The notes under the pieces: model-generated | Seen by the model: only the letters and a program-made list of their open reading frames with translations | What the model was told of the DNA's origin: nothing | Database searches by the model: none | Position numbers and translations under genes: made by a program | IMG/VR virus record: IMGVR_UViG_3300029822_000036 | Location: 1 to 37,165 of that record | Length of the DNA stretch: 37,165 bases | DNA from: a virus | Taxonomy: Duplodnaviria > Caudoviricetes | Reading direction: 5' to 3' (one strand) | Shown here: positions 1-9,601 of the stretch, piece after piece | Layout: each line of letters starts with the position of its first letter | Position numbering within the stretch: the stretch's first letter is position 1

Positions 1-57
1 CAGTCCAGCCGCATTTACAATTTACTTACTACCCGGGGGGATTCCCTGGAAGACTCC

Positions 58-384
58 CTAAGAGAATCTATAAGGATTGGAACTCCGTCTATAGAATAAT
101 CCTTGAGAATAATCCTTGTGAATCGTGTGTTTGCATGCTCCCCTATGCCCGTTTGTAAAATCATAATAGCAAGAAGTTTTGGGGCATTGTTTGTTTTCTC
201 TTGGATCGCAGATGTAAACTATATTGGATGGTTTGGATATCCCTGGGTTTGTTCTTCTTTGTGATCTCTTATAGACGATCCCGACAAGGATGCCTAGAGT
301 TATGATTGGGATGGTTAAGTATTTAGTTAGAGTCCAGCCCATCTGTATTAGTTGATCGCTCATGTATTTCCCACCAACTTTCAA
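58..384 (-). CDS. Hypothetical membrane protein with Cys-rich C-terminus
   Basis: Hydrophobic stretch YLTIPIITLGILVGIVY followed by a Cys/His cluster. Likely start is MSDQ, after the GGTGGG RBS-like sequence. Confidence 0.5.
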   Translation of the reverse strand: MKVGGKYMSDQLIQMGWTLTKYLTIPIITLGILVGIVYKRSQRRTNPGISKPSNIVYICDPRENKQCPKTSCYYDFTNGHRGACKHTIHKDYSQGLFYRRSSNPYRFS

Positions 385-1069
385 TATATTCCTTCCAGGA
401 TTCAGGGCGATTGGATTCTTTTAATCTGTTTAAACATTCTTCCTTGGTGCTCTGGCAATATATCAATTCGGCTCCTAGTGTTTGGGCTAGCCGCTCTCTT
501 TCGTATTTGTTTGGATATCCTCCTATGATGTAGGCGTTATTCCATTGTCCGTATCTTGTTTTGATTTGATCCAGGAGGCTGTCCCGTAATTTGAATATAT
601 TGAATCGACAGTTATTTGGTTTAGTGTTGATTGGTTGGAATGTGAGGGCTGACCAAAGACTATCTAAGTCTAGGACGATATCCCCGTATTTAATCATTTG
701 CTTTACAGCTGAGTTCTTCCCGGATAATGGGCTCCCCCAAACGATATAAACTTTCTTGGTATGGATTCCTCCGAATCGATGATGTTCTTTGTTGTGGCAT
801 GTCTGGCATATGATTTCTATCTTATCAGGATTAAGAGAAATGGTAGGATCGTTTATATTCTCTTCTGTAAGTTCGATGGTGTGATGTCCTATTAGTAAAG
901 ACCAATCTTCCTTGGTTATAGTGGTGAATCCACATCTGGAGCATTTACCCCCGGCGTCTATCTTCATCTTATATGATAGATCTAGCCAGGGCTTGGAACA
1001 ATAAAATTGTTTGATTATTTTGCTCATAGAATCACCAATACCTTTTATTGTTGTCAATATCCTTCTCAT
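323..1069 (-). CDS. HNH endonuclease fused to a P-loop (AAA/kinase-like) domain, packaging-associated
   Basis: CSRCG...GHH...CQTCHNKEH is an HNH motif, followed by VYIVWGSPLSGKN (P-loop). Sits next to the terS-like gene. True start is probably MSKII at ~1027. Confidence 0.8.
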   Translation of the reverse strand: MRRILTTIKGIGDSMSKIIKQFYCSKPWLDLSYKMKIDAGGKCSRCGFTTITKEDWSLLIGHHTIELTEENINDPTISLNPDKIEIICQTCHNKEHHRFGGIHTKKVYIVWGSPLSGKNSAVKQMIKYGDIVLDLDSLWSALTFQPINTKPNNCRFNIFKLRDSLLDQIKTRYGQWNNAYIIGGYPNKYERERLAQTLGAELIYCQSTKEECLNRLKESNRPESWKEYIESWWEIHERSTNTDGLDSN

Positions 1070-1508
1070 GTTGGAATTTCTTTTCGTCTAGCTTCTCTTT
1101 ATTGGCGTTCCTTCTCCATTTATCCGGGCGCCGATTATTCAACCAGATTGCTATAGCCATCGTATCAGGTGGAATAAATTCATCAATTTCTACCGATCGT
1201 ATGACTTCCGTCTCACAGCGCCGTCCTTCTTCATCATAGTAAATTTCCTTGCATTTGAAAGCCTTCCCAACTTTGACGTAATGACCGATGCATTTCTTAT
1301 AGAGGCTGTTTTCTACCTCGTAGTCGACTATTTCCTTGCCCCTTTTTAAGACCCTTCTTAATTCCGGATGACGCCTTTTATAATCCTCAAATGTGGAAAC
1401 GGCTACCCCAAGCTTCTTGGCGATGTCCTTTTCTATCAGACCATCCCGGCACCACATTTCTATTTCGAATAATCGTTCTTTAACTTGTGGCCATTTGCTC
1501 ACCGCCAA
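1032..1508 (-). CDS. Phage HTH protein, terminase small subunit-like
   Basis: HTH motif DIAKKLGVAVSTF, then VENSLYKK and PPDTMAIAIWLNNRRPDKWR, typical of Firmicute phage terS-like proteins at the head of the late operon. Confidence 0.65.
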   Translation of the reverse strand: MAVSKWPQVKERLFEIEMWCRDGLIEKDIAKKLGVAVSTFEDYKRRHPELRRVLKRGKEIVDYEVENSLYKKCIGHYVKVGKAFKCKEIYYDEEGRRCETEVIRSVEIDEFIPPDTMAIAIWLNNRRPDKWRRNANKEKLDEKKFQHEKDIDNNKRYW

Positions 1509-1684
1509 TCTCTATTCACCCCTCATTAATTCCGGTATCCATATTAGCCTCCCTCCCCTGGCAATATGGCCTGGATCACCCCTGCTCCTTATAATTAAAC
1601 TTAAAAGGAAAACTTACCCTTACCCCCATTAAACCATAATTTTAAAAAACCTTTAAGTATAATTGGAAAAATAATAAAATCCCC

Positions 1685-1714
1685 TTGACCTCACCATATC
1701 GTTTAATATATAAT
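1685..1714 (+). promoter_or_regulatory. Sigma-A-type promoter for the replication operon
   Basis: TTGACC-N18-TATAAT, followed by RBS AAGGAGG before the ATG at 1743. Confidence 0.7.
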
Positions 1715-1742
1715 AATAATAAGGATAAAGGAGGTTGATAAG

Positions 1743-3650
1743 ATGAGTAAATTAGAATTAGCTCAGCAAGCAGTTAGATATTTAGCCAGTGTCTGTGATG
1801 GAGCCTGTACCAGAGACGGGCAAGGATTCAATGGAGTAGACAGTGGGTTTGGGAAATCCTTAGCCCAACAAGAGAATTGGTCAGAGAAGCAAGCAAAAGC
1901 AGCCGTAAAAATGCTCAAGACTTATAAGGGACAACTTGGACGAGCTGGATTTGATATAGAATTACTTTTTAATGAAGCCCCCCTGGAGATCCCAAAAAGA
2001 ACAACCAAACCCAAAGAAAAAAGAACGGCTATCATCGAAAAGGGAAAAATTAAAATACAATTCCCCTTCGACCGGGAAGTATTAGATAAAATCAGAGATA
2101 TCCCAGGGCGCCGGTTCCATGATAATAGCTTCCCGAAATATTGGACAGCCCCGATATCCTACGATGCCGTTAAAATATTGGTTGAGAATAAGTTTGAAAT
2201 AGATCCCGAATTAATCGCCATTTTAAGAGAAGCCGGGCAAGCTGAAGAAACCCCCATCGTTGAAGCAGTAAAGATAAGCAATATCCCAGGATTAAAAAGA
2301 ACCCTATTCCCTTATCAAATGGAAGGCGTCTCTTATATCGAATCCAAGCAAGGTAATGCCCTTATAGGGGATGAAATGGGACTAGGAAAAACCATCCAAG
2401 CCCTAGCATGGCTCCAACTCCACCCGGAAAAACGACCGGCAATTATCCTCTGCCCGGCTCATCTGAAATTAAACTGGGCGAAAGAAATAAAAATGACTTT
2501 ATCCGATAATTTAAACACTCAAATCCTCCAGGGAAGCAAGCCCTATCCCATTACTGGAGAAATCGTAATAATTAATTATGACATTCTGAAAAACTGGGTG
2601 GAGGAATTACAAAAGATAAAGGCAAATGTCTTAATATTCGATGAAGCCCACTATATCAAATCAAACTCAGCACTAAGGACAAAAGCGACCAAGAAATTAG
2701 CAAAAGAAATCCCCCACCGGATAGCCTTATCCGGAACCCCGATAGTTAACCGCCCGATTGAAGGGTTTAATATAGCCCAGGTGATAAACAAAGCTATATT
2801 CCCGAATTTTATGAGCTATGCCCGGAGATACTGCAACGCGCATCACAATGGATTTGGTTGGGATTTCTCAGGATCAGCCAATAAGGAAGAACTCCACCAA
2901 AAGCTCACAGAAACTATTATGATCCGTCGGAAAAAAGCGGATGTATTACCCGATCTACCTAGTAAATTATATTCCTATATCCCTATGGAAATCTGCAATA
3001 CCACGGAATATAAAAGGGCAGAAGTGGATTTCATCGCATTCCTAACAGAGACTAAAGGGGAAAAGGCGGCGGAGAAAGCCAGCCAGGCTGAGCACCTGGT
3101 AAGGATGGAGGCTTTAAAACAATTAGCCGTTCAGGGGAAGATTAAACAAGCCGTTCAATGGATAAGGGATTTCTTAGATACTAATGGGCAGAAGTTAGTC
3201 GTATTCGGAGTTCATAAAACCGTTGTGGATGCCTTGATGAAAGAATTTAAAGAAGAAGCCGTCAAAGTCGATGGCTCAGTATCAGCCACCAAGAGGGATG
3301 AAGCCGTTGTAGCCTTCCAGGAAGACCCTAACGTTAAATTATTCGTCGGAAATATTCAAGCCGCCGGAACCGGATTAACCCTAACAGCCGCATCCGCCGT
3401 AGCCTTTTTAGAACTCCCCTGGACTCCCGGAGAATTAGCCCAGGCAGAGGACAGATGCCATAGGATCGGGCAGGAAAATACAGTCAATATTTACTACCTA
3501 CTTGCAGACGGAACCATTGAAGCGGAAATAGCCCAACTACTAGATGAGAAAAAAGCAGTACTAAACGCAGTCTTAGATGGAAAAGAGATCGAAGAAACAC
3601 AGCTATTAGAAGTACTGATAAAAAAATACAAAGAAAGGAGGGAATCTTAA
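1743..3650 (+). CDS. SNF2-family helicase/translocase with HARP-like domain (SMARCAL1-like)
   Basis: Motifs DEMGLGKT, DEAH, SGTP and QAEDRCHRIGQ. The FPFD...IRDIPGRRF...W segment is HARP-like. Confidence 0.9.
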   Translation: MSKLELAQQAVRYLASVCDGACTRDGQGFNGVDSGFGKSLAQQENWSEKQAKAAVKMLKTYKGQLGRAGFDIELLFNEAPLEIPKRTTKPKEKRTAIIEKGKIKIQFPFDREVLDKIRDIPGRRFHDNSFPKYWTAPISYDAVKILVENKFEIDPELIAILREAGQAEETPIVEAVKISNIPGLKRTLFPYQMEGVSYIESKQGNALIGDEMGLGKTIQALAWLQLHPEKRPAIILCPAHLKLNWAKEIKMTLSDNLNTQILQGSKPYPITGEIVIINYDILKNWVEELQKIKANVLIFDEAHYIKSNSALRTKATKKLAKEIPHRIALSGTPIVNRPIEGFNIAQVINKAIFPNFMSYARRYCNAHHNGFGWDFSGSANKEELHQKLTETIMIRRKKADVLPDLPSKLYSYIPMEICNTTEYKRAEVDFIAFLTETKGEKAAEKASQAEHLVRMEALKQLAVQGKIKQAVQWIRDFLDTNGQKLVVFGVHKTVVDALMKEFKEEAVKVDGSVSATKRDEAVVAFQEDPNVKLFVGNIQAAGTGLTLTAASAVAFLELPWTPGELAQAEDRCHRIGQENTVNIYYLLADGTIEAEIAQLLDEKKAVLNAVLDGKEIEETQLLEVLIKKYKERRES

Positions 3651-3820
3651 TGCAAAACGAGAAAAAATGCGACTTCTGTGGGAAAGAAGCAGAGTATGAT
3701 GGCAAAACCAAATTTGGGCCGTGGGCCTATATGTGCAAAATATGCTTCATAAAAAATGGCATTGGACTGGGGTTGGGACGGGGACAAAAACTAAAAAAGG
3801 AGGAGAAGGAAAGTGATTGA
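3650..3820 (+). CDS. Small zinc-binding phage protein (56 aa, not in ORF track)
   Basis: Reads MQNEKKCDFCGKEAEYDGKTKFGPWAYMCKICFIKNGIGLGLGRGQK..., with two CxxC pairs, RBS GGAGGG and a TAATG overlap with the helicase stop. Confidence 0.7.
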   Translation: MQNEKKCDFCGKEAEYDGKTKFGPWAYMCKICFIKNGIGLGLGRGQKLKKEEKESD

Positions 3821-4313
3821 GAAGAATTTAGGCATCATTAGAAAAATAGTTTGGTCTTATATACATAATAATCCAGGGTTAGAGTTTGATGATCTATTTG
3901 CGGAGGCTTGTTTAGCCTATCTGGAGGCGGACAGCTCTTATAATCCCAGCAAGGGGAAGAAAACCACATTTATCCATCATGTGATAACGAATCGGATTAA
4001 CTCCCTCATAAGCCGGGAATCAACAAGAGAAATGAAAGAAATGGAAGCCGAGATACTATGGCTAAGAAACGAGCCCTGGACTCCAGAACAGCAATTAATC
4101 GCGCAGGAAAATTGGCAAGGGTTTTTGGAAAGATTGTCCCCGGAATCCCAGGCGGTCTGTTCCCTGGTTCTTGATGAAACAGATATCTACCTACCCACAG
4201 ATAAACCAAAGCAATGCCGGGGAATAATCATGCACGAATTAAGGAATCGTGGTTGGGGATGGAGTGCTATCTGGGATAGCTTCCGGGAATTGAAACAAGC
4301 CGTCTCTATTTAA
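3813..4313 (+). CDS. Phage-encoded sigma-70-family sigma factor
   Basis: Region-2-like sequence EFDDLFAEACLAYLEADSSYNPSKGKKTTF. Confidence 0.75.
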   Translation: MIEKNLGIIRKIVWSYIHNNPGLEFDDLFAEACLAYLEADSSYNPSKGKKTTFIHHVITNRINSLISRESTREMKEMEAEILWLRNEPWTPEQQLIAQENWQGFLERLSPESQAVCSLVLDETDIYLPTDKPKQCRGIIMHELRNRGWGWSAIWDSFRELKQAVSI

Positions 4314-4356
4314 TGAAAATCTGTGAATACGTATAATAATATAAGGAGCTAAATAA

Positions 4357-5265
4357 ATGGATATTCCGCGATTATTAAGAGATTATAATATCAATTTCAT
4401 AACAGAAGGGAACAAACATTGCTCAAATGGGTGGGTGAATATCCACTGTCCCTTCTGTCCCGGTTCCCAGGACTATCACCTTGGTATCCAGCAAGAAGGA
4501 AAAGGAGTTCATTGCTGGCGCTGTGGGGGCCATACCTTGGCTCAGGCTTTAAGCCGGGTACTCAACTTACCGGAGCCTAGTGTACGCGCTATTATGAGAG
4601 GGTACGGCGCCAATACCAGCCAGAGAATAAGGAGGGAAGAAGCTAAAGTATCCATATTGCCCCTGCGGATGCCTAAACCAAGCTCTTCCCTCACAGCCCC
4701 ATATAAAAACTATCTGAAAAAACGAAAGTTCGATCCAGATAAGTTAGAACAAGAATGGGGATTGAGCCAAACCGGCCCAGTGAGCCTTTTAGACGGGATA
4801 TCATATAACCACAGAATCCTGATCCCGATTTATTGGAACGGGGAGATCGTCAGTTTTCAAGCCAGGGATATCACGGAAAAAAGCAAGCTGAAATATCTAG
4901 CCTGCCCAAAGTGCCGGGAAAAGATACACCATAAAAACATCCTATACGGCAAGCAGGAGAAATGGAGGGAGGCGAAAGGACTTATCATAGTGGAAGGGGT
5001 TACCGATGTCTGGCGGCTGGGATATCATGCTGTAGCCACGTTTGGGATTGAGTTTAAAATGGAGCAGGTATTACAATTGGCTAAAATCCATGATAAATTC
5101 TTTATGTTATTTGATGAGGAACCCCAGGCGCAAGAACAAGCCCGAGTATTAGCTACCAAATTAAAAGCGCTAGGGAAGGAGGTCTACATTGAGAAGATAA
5201 AAGGAGATCCCGGAGATATGCGGCAAGAGGACGCCGATTATTTAGTTAAACAATTAATGAAATGA
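4357..5265 (+). CDS. DNA primase (Zn-binding domain + TOPRIM)
   Basis: CPFC...H...CWRCG zinc motif, TOPRIM motifs IVEGVTD and FD, and KGDPGD. Confidence 0.88.
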   Translation: MDIPRLLRDYNINFITEGNKHCSNGWVNIHCPFCPGSQDYHLGIQQEGKGVHCWRCGGHTLAQALSRVLNLPEPSVRAIMRGYGANTSQRIRREEAKVSILPLRMPKPSSSLTAPYKNYLKKRKFDPDKLEQEWGLSQTGPVSLLDGISYNHRILIPIYWNGEIVSFQARDITEKSKLKYLACPKCREKIHHKNILYGKQEKWREAKGLIIVEGVTDVWRLGYHAVATFGIEFKMEQVLQLAKIHDKFFMLFDEEPQAQEQARVLATKLKALGKEVYIEKIKGDPGDMRQEDADYLVKQLMK

Positions 5266-5274
5266 GGTGATAAA

Positions 5275-5460
5275 ATGACAACATTAAAGAAACGCAGATT
5301 AGCTTTAGGTCTTTCCCAGATGGATCTGGCTGAAAAAGTAGGGGTATCCCTATTAACTATCCAGTTATGGGAAAGGGGCATCTCTGAGCCCAACGATAAG
5401 AACAAAGAGATACTGGAATCTGTTTTAAAAACCCTGGAAAAGAAAAAGGAGGGGAAATAA
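5275..5460 (+). CDS. XRE-family HTH regulator
   Basis: LSQMDLAEKVGVSLLTIQLWERG...P. Confidence 0.88.
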   Translation: MTTLKKRRLALGLSQMDLAEKVGVSLLTIQLWERGISEPNDKNKEILESVLKTLEKKKEGK

Positions 5461-6716
5461 TGAGAAGGAAAGAGGGTCCTACCCCGTCCCATATGGAACG
5501 AGAACAAAGGATTGCCCTAGAGTTATTCCGGTCCGATTCTTTTCTAGTGGTGAATAAAACACTGCTTAAACAAATTGGGATTATGCAATCCATCTTCCTA
5601 GCTAATTTAATGGATAAATTCCACTACTGGAAGGATAGAGGATTATTACAGAAAGATGGGTCATTCTTTATTACGCATGAAGACCAATATGAACAAACCG
5701 GATTAAGTGAATATCAAATTCGTAAATGCAAAAAAGCAATGATAGATAATGGGATATTAAAAACTAAAATGAAGGGTATCCCGGCGAAAGAGCATTATAT
5801 CTTAGATTTTAAAAGGCTGATAGATCTATTTCTCAGCAATGAACTAGGAAAAAACACAGACCCAGACGTCGAAGAAGAAGAGGGCAATACGTTTAATTTA
5901 CAGACGGTCAATGATTCTAGTTTACAGACGGTCATATATAAGGATACCAGATATAAGGATACCATAAATAATATTATTGGTTCCAAAAATGAAGAAGAAA
6001 CAAACAAACCTACCAATAAGAATTTAGAATTCCTTCCACTAGCTATTAAATTAGCTGGCATAGTTCAGTCCAATAAAAATATTAAGATTCCCCAGAGCAG
6101 AGTAAATAATTGGGCAGATGAAATTAGAAAACTATCCAAGATTGAAGGCGTTGCCCCGGCGCGGATTGAAAAAGCCCTGGATTGGTACGCCCAGAATATA
6201 GGCGGGGAATATATCCCGGTTATTGAAAGCGGTTCCACCCTCCGGAATAAATTCACCAAACTGGAAGACGCCATGAAACGGACCGGGATATCGGGAACCA
6301 GCCAAAAGAACCAGCAGGAAGGAGAAAGCCCGAAACGGCTCATTAAAGAGCATTTTAATGGCTTAGCCCCGGCATTTGAGAAGGATTGCTACCTCCCGGC
6401 AAAAGAATTGATTCCCGGATTAAAAGGGCGGGAGGATCGGGCTAAGCTCACTCAAAACCTGATAGAATTGTATAATAAGATTGAGGACGCCCAGGAAAGG
6501 CATATACCAAAAGAATCCCAGCATCTATTCCCTGGAGCCATGACGATCATTAATTTATACATCGATTGGATAGGGAATAACTCCTGGATAAAGGATAAGT
6601 CAATTAATCTGTTCAATATGGATCATTTATTATTCAACAAATTCCGGAGGGAAGAAGCCCGCAAGGATAATTTGGAAAGAGATCCAGTGACGGGAAAATC
6701 TTACATGAAAGGGTAG
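5460..6716 (+). CDS. Putative replication initiator (N-terminal wHTH)
   Basis: wHTH-like TGLSEYQIRKCKKAM, internal short direct repeats, phage Rep-like IESGSTLRNKFTKL, and position upstream of the helicase. Confidence 0.6.
   Translation: MRRKEGPTPSHMEREQRIALELFRSDSFLVVNKTLLKQIGIMQSIFLANLMDKFHYWKDRGLLQKDGSFFITHEDQYEQTGLSEYQIRKCKKAMIDNGILKTKMKGIPAKEHYILDFKRLIDLFLSNELGKNTDPDVEEEEGNTFNLQTVNDSSLQTVIYKDTRYKDTINNIIGSKNEEETNKPTNKNLEFLPLAIKLAGIVQSNKNIKIPQSRVNNWADEIRKLSKIEGVAPARIEKALDWYAQNIGGEYIPVIESGSTLRNKFTKLEDAMKRTGISGTSQKNQQEGESPKRLIKEHFNGLAPAFEKDCYLPAKELIPGLKGREDRAKLTQNLIELYNKIEDAQERHIPKESQHLFPGAMTIINLYIDWIGNNSWIKDKSINLFNMDHLLFNKFRREEARKDNLERDPVTGKSYMKG
5897..5964 (+). repeat. Iteron-like direct repeats, candidate origin of replication
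   Basis: TTTACAGACGGTCA at 5897 and 5921; ATATAAGGATACCA at 5936 and 5951; followed by AT-rich DNA. Confidence 0.5.
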
Positions 6717-6727
6717 GGGGTGGATAA

Positions 6728-8299
6728 ATGAAGCATGAGCAAGAATTCCTGGAACGACGAATCATAACAGGGTTAATCGTCAGCAAGGATTATTTAGATC
6801 GAGTACAGAAGTTCTGGGACCCTACCCTGCTTGAATCCCCGGAACTAAAAATAATTGCAGATTGGTGCATGGATTATTACAATAAATATGGACGGGCTCC
6901 AGATACCAACATTGAATCTATCTACATGGTATCATTAAAAAAGATGAATGTTTCTAAAGCAGAAGGGCAATATATAGAGGATCTATTGGATAGCCTGAGT
7001 GATGAATACGGCAGGGATACTCAGTTTAATTCCGCTTATCTCTATGATCAAACCGTTAAATATTTCAAGACCAGGGAATTAGAACGATACAACGAGGAAA
7101 TCCAGGGGCTGATTGACTTAGGGCAATTAGAGGAAGCGGAAAAACTGGCGCAATCTTATTCCCCCAAAATAACCACAGATATCGAAATTGGCTTAGATCT
7201 ATCTACGGATGAAGCCCTTGCCCGAGTGGATCGGGCGTTCAATGAGACGATGCAAAGGGTATTATCTTTCCCAGGGGCTTTAGGTAATATGTGGAATGAG
7301 CATCTTGTCCGGGGTGGATTCTTCTCCTTGCTGGCTCCGGAAAAACGTGGTAAAACTTTCATGTTATTAGAGCTGTCCCTCCGGGCTATCCGGCAGAAGG
7401 CGAATGTCGCTTTTTTCCAGGCAGGAGATATGACCGAATCCCAGCTGTTAAGGAGGATATGCGTCTATATAGCCCGGCGATCAGATAGGGAAAAATATTG
7501 CCAGGAAAGATTTGCCCCTGTGGGGGATTGCATATTTAACCAGATAGATTCCTGCCAGAGATCGGACAGGAATTGTGACCATGGTATATTTGAGGATACC
7601 AATTTAGAGACTTTTTTACGGAATCAAGTCCAATTCGTCAATTTAGAAACATTGCGGGAGAAATGGGAGGACTTCCCGGATTATGAGCCTTGTGATAGCC
7701 ATAGCTGTAATAAAAGGAAAGGGACTGTCTGGATCAGGAAGGTAGATAAGACACGCCCCTTGACAGCTAAGAAGGCTAAAGAAGAATTGGGTAAATTCTT
7801 TCACAAATACCGGCGCCGTTTTAAACTGGCGACCTATCCAGCTGGAATGCTAACAGTATCGGAAATGAAAAAATGCCTTAACAGTTGGGAAAAATACGAT
7901 GGTTTTGTCCCAGATGTCATAGTTGTTGATTATGCCGATATATTGTCGGCTGATGATGGCCGGGTAAATGAATATAGGCATCGGCAAGATCACATCTGGA
8001 AGAATCTCCGGGCATTATCCCAGGAAAGACATGCCCTGCTTGTAACAGCCACCCAAGCGGATGCGGAAAGTTATAAAAAAGGGCGATTATCTTTGTCCAA
8101 TTTCTCAGAGGATAAGCGGAAGCTATCCCATGTTACAGCTCAGTACGGGCTTAATCAAGATCCACAGGGAAGGGAAAAGAGGCTGGGTATTATGCGGATT
8201 AATGAGATCGTAGTCCGGGAGGGTGAATTCTCCACGGATAATGAAGTCTATGTCCTCCAGGATTTGGCGGCAGGGCGCCCTTTTTTAGAAAGTTTTTAA
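6728..8299 (+). CDS. DnaB-like (SF4) replicative helicase with Cys-rich insertion
   Basis: Walker A APEKRGKT, Walker B VIVVDYAD, TATQA and FSEDKRK. Confidence 0.85.
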   Translation: MKHEQEFLERRIITGLIVSKDYLDRVQKFWDPTLLESPELKIIADWCMDYYNKYGRAPDTNIESIYMVSLKKMNVSKAEGQYIEDLLDSLSDEYGRDTQFNSAYLYDQTVKYFKTRELERYNEEIQGLIDLGQLEEAEKLAQSYSPKITTDIEIGLDLSTDEALARVDRAFNETMQRVLSFPGALGNMWNEHLVRGGFFSLLAPEKRGKTFMLLELSLRAIRQKANVAFFQAGDMTESQLLRRICVYIARRSDREKYCQERFAPVGDCIFNQIDSCQRSDRNCDHGIFEDTNLETFLRNQVQFVNLETLREKWEDFPDYEPCDSHSCNKRKGTVWIRKVDKTRPLTAKKAKEELGKFFHKYRRRFKLATYPAGMLTVSEMKKCLNSWEKYDGFVPDVIVVDYADILSADDGRVNEYRHRQDHIWKNLRALSQERHALLVTATQADAESYKKGRLSLSNFSEDKRKLSHVTAQYGLNQDPQGREKRLGIMRINEIVVREGEFSTDNEVYVLQDLAAGRPFLESF

Positions 8300-8364
8300 G
8301 AAATCCCTTAATAAAAAGAAGTTGCTTTGTATAATAGGACAGGAAAAAGAAGGAGGTAGGATAA

Positions 8365-8769
8365 ATGGAAATAACTGTTGTTAAAGAATTTACGTTTGAT
8401 GCGGCTCATTATCTGCCGAATCATCCGGGGAAATGCCAAAATACACATGGGCATACGTATAGGCTCCAAGTCGGATTCACGGGTCCTGTGGATTTGGAAA
8501 CCGGCGTGGTGGTGGATTTCGGTTATATTAAAGAAATGATTAAGGAGCGGGTGGTTGATCTATTAGATCACCGCTATTTGAATCTGTTAAATGAGGAAGA
8601 ACCAATCATCCCTGGATTCCCCTACTCCCACCCAACAGCGGAAAATATGGTTATCTGGATTGTGGGGGAATTGAAGCATACATTGGAGATCGTTTACGAT
8701 GATCTAGTTAAGCTATCCCTGGTGAGACTTTACGAAACCCCCACCTCTTACGCCGAATGGAGGGCTTAG
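8365..8769 (+). CDS. queD: 6-carboxy-5,6,7,8-tetrahydropterin synthase
   Basis: FDAAHYL...CQNTHGHTY, PTAEN and YETPTSYAE. Confidence 0.95.
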   Translation: MEITVVKEFTFDAAHYLPNHPGKCQNTHGHTYRLQVGFTGPVDLETGVVVDFGYIKEMIKERVVDLLDHRYLNLLNEEEPIIPGFPYSHPTAENMVIWIVGELKHTLEIVYDDLVKLSLVRLYETPTSYAEWRA

Positions 8770-9509
8770 TCATGGATGGATATAGGTTAAATATCAACGA
8801 TATATTTGAATCAATTTCCGGGGAGGCTGGAGGCTTCCCCCAGGGCTCTTGGTGCTTGTTTATCCGCCTCCAGGGATGCAATTTACGATGTGAGTGGTGC
8901 GATACTGAGCAATCCCAGCGCGCTATGAAAACAGGGGGAGGAAACGAAGGAAAGATAATGTCTATCCCTGAGATCGTAGAAAAATGCCAGGGCTATGACA
9001 GAATTCTTATCACCGGAGGGGAGCCCCTATGCCAAGCGAGAAGCTTAGCTGTATTAGTAAAGGCATTATTAAACCAGGGAAAGCAAATCCAAATTGAGAC
9101 CAACGGGAGTATTGAGATTCCCCCAGAATATTTTACAGCCCTTTTATCTCCGATTAGTCCCCCTATTTATTGGGTGATGGATTATAAATGCCCATCGTCC
9201 GGGATGTCTGGGCGGATGCCTTCAATGGAATCCTTATCCCGGCAGATTGAGAATGCCCACCGGCAAGGTGATCGTGTTTTCCTTAAATGGGTAGTGGCGG
9301 ATAAAGAAGATATGGAATTCGCCCTGGATAGGCTAAAACAATTGACTTACCTCTATCATAATCCAGTCCAGCATCTTATCAGTCCCATCCACGGAGAAGG
9401 GGCTAAAATCGGCGAGGTAATTGAGCGGATTAAGCAGGAGAATGACCCAAAGCTCTTTAATCGGATTATCTTTTCTGTCCAGTTGCATAAATTATTCAAT
9501 TTACCATAA
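8757..9509 (+). CDS. queE: 7-carboxy-7-deazaguanine synthase (radical SAM)
   Basis: IFESISGE, FIRLQGCNLRCEWCDT (CxxxCxxC), TGGEP, IETNG and QLHK. Confidence 0.93.
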   Translation: MEGLVMDGYRLNINDIFESISGEAGGFPQGSWCLFIRLQGCNLRCEWCDTEQSQRAMKTGGGNEGKIMSIPEIVEKCQGYDRILITGGEPLCQARSLAVLVKALLNQGKQIQIETNGSIEIPPEYFTALLSPISPPIYWVMDYKCPSSGMSGRMPSMESLSRQIENAHRQGDRVFLKWVVADKEDMEFALDRLKQLTYLYHNPVQHLISPIHGEGAKIGEVIERIKQENDPKLFNRIIFSVQLHKLFNLP

Positions 9510-9527
9510 AAAATTTTACAAACCCCC

Positions 9528-9556
9528 TTGACTTCTGTTGATATCGCCTGTATAAT
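9528..9556 (+). promoter_or_regulatory. Strong sigma-A-type promoter, member of a repeated phage promoter motif
   Basis: TTGACT-N17-TATAAT; the extended sequence is shared with the promoters at 34470 and 34840. Confidence 0.8.
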
Positions 9557-9601
9557 AATATTAATAATAAATATAAGAAAAATAAAAGGAGGACAATAAA
9601 A

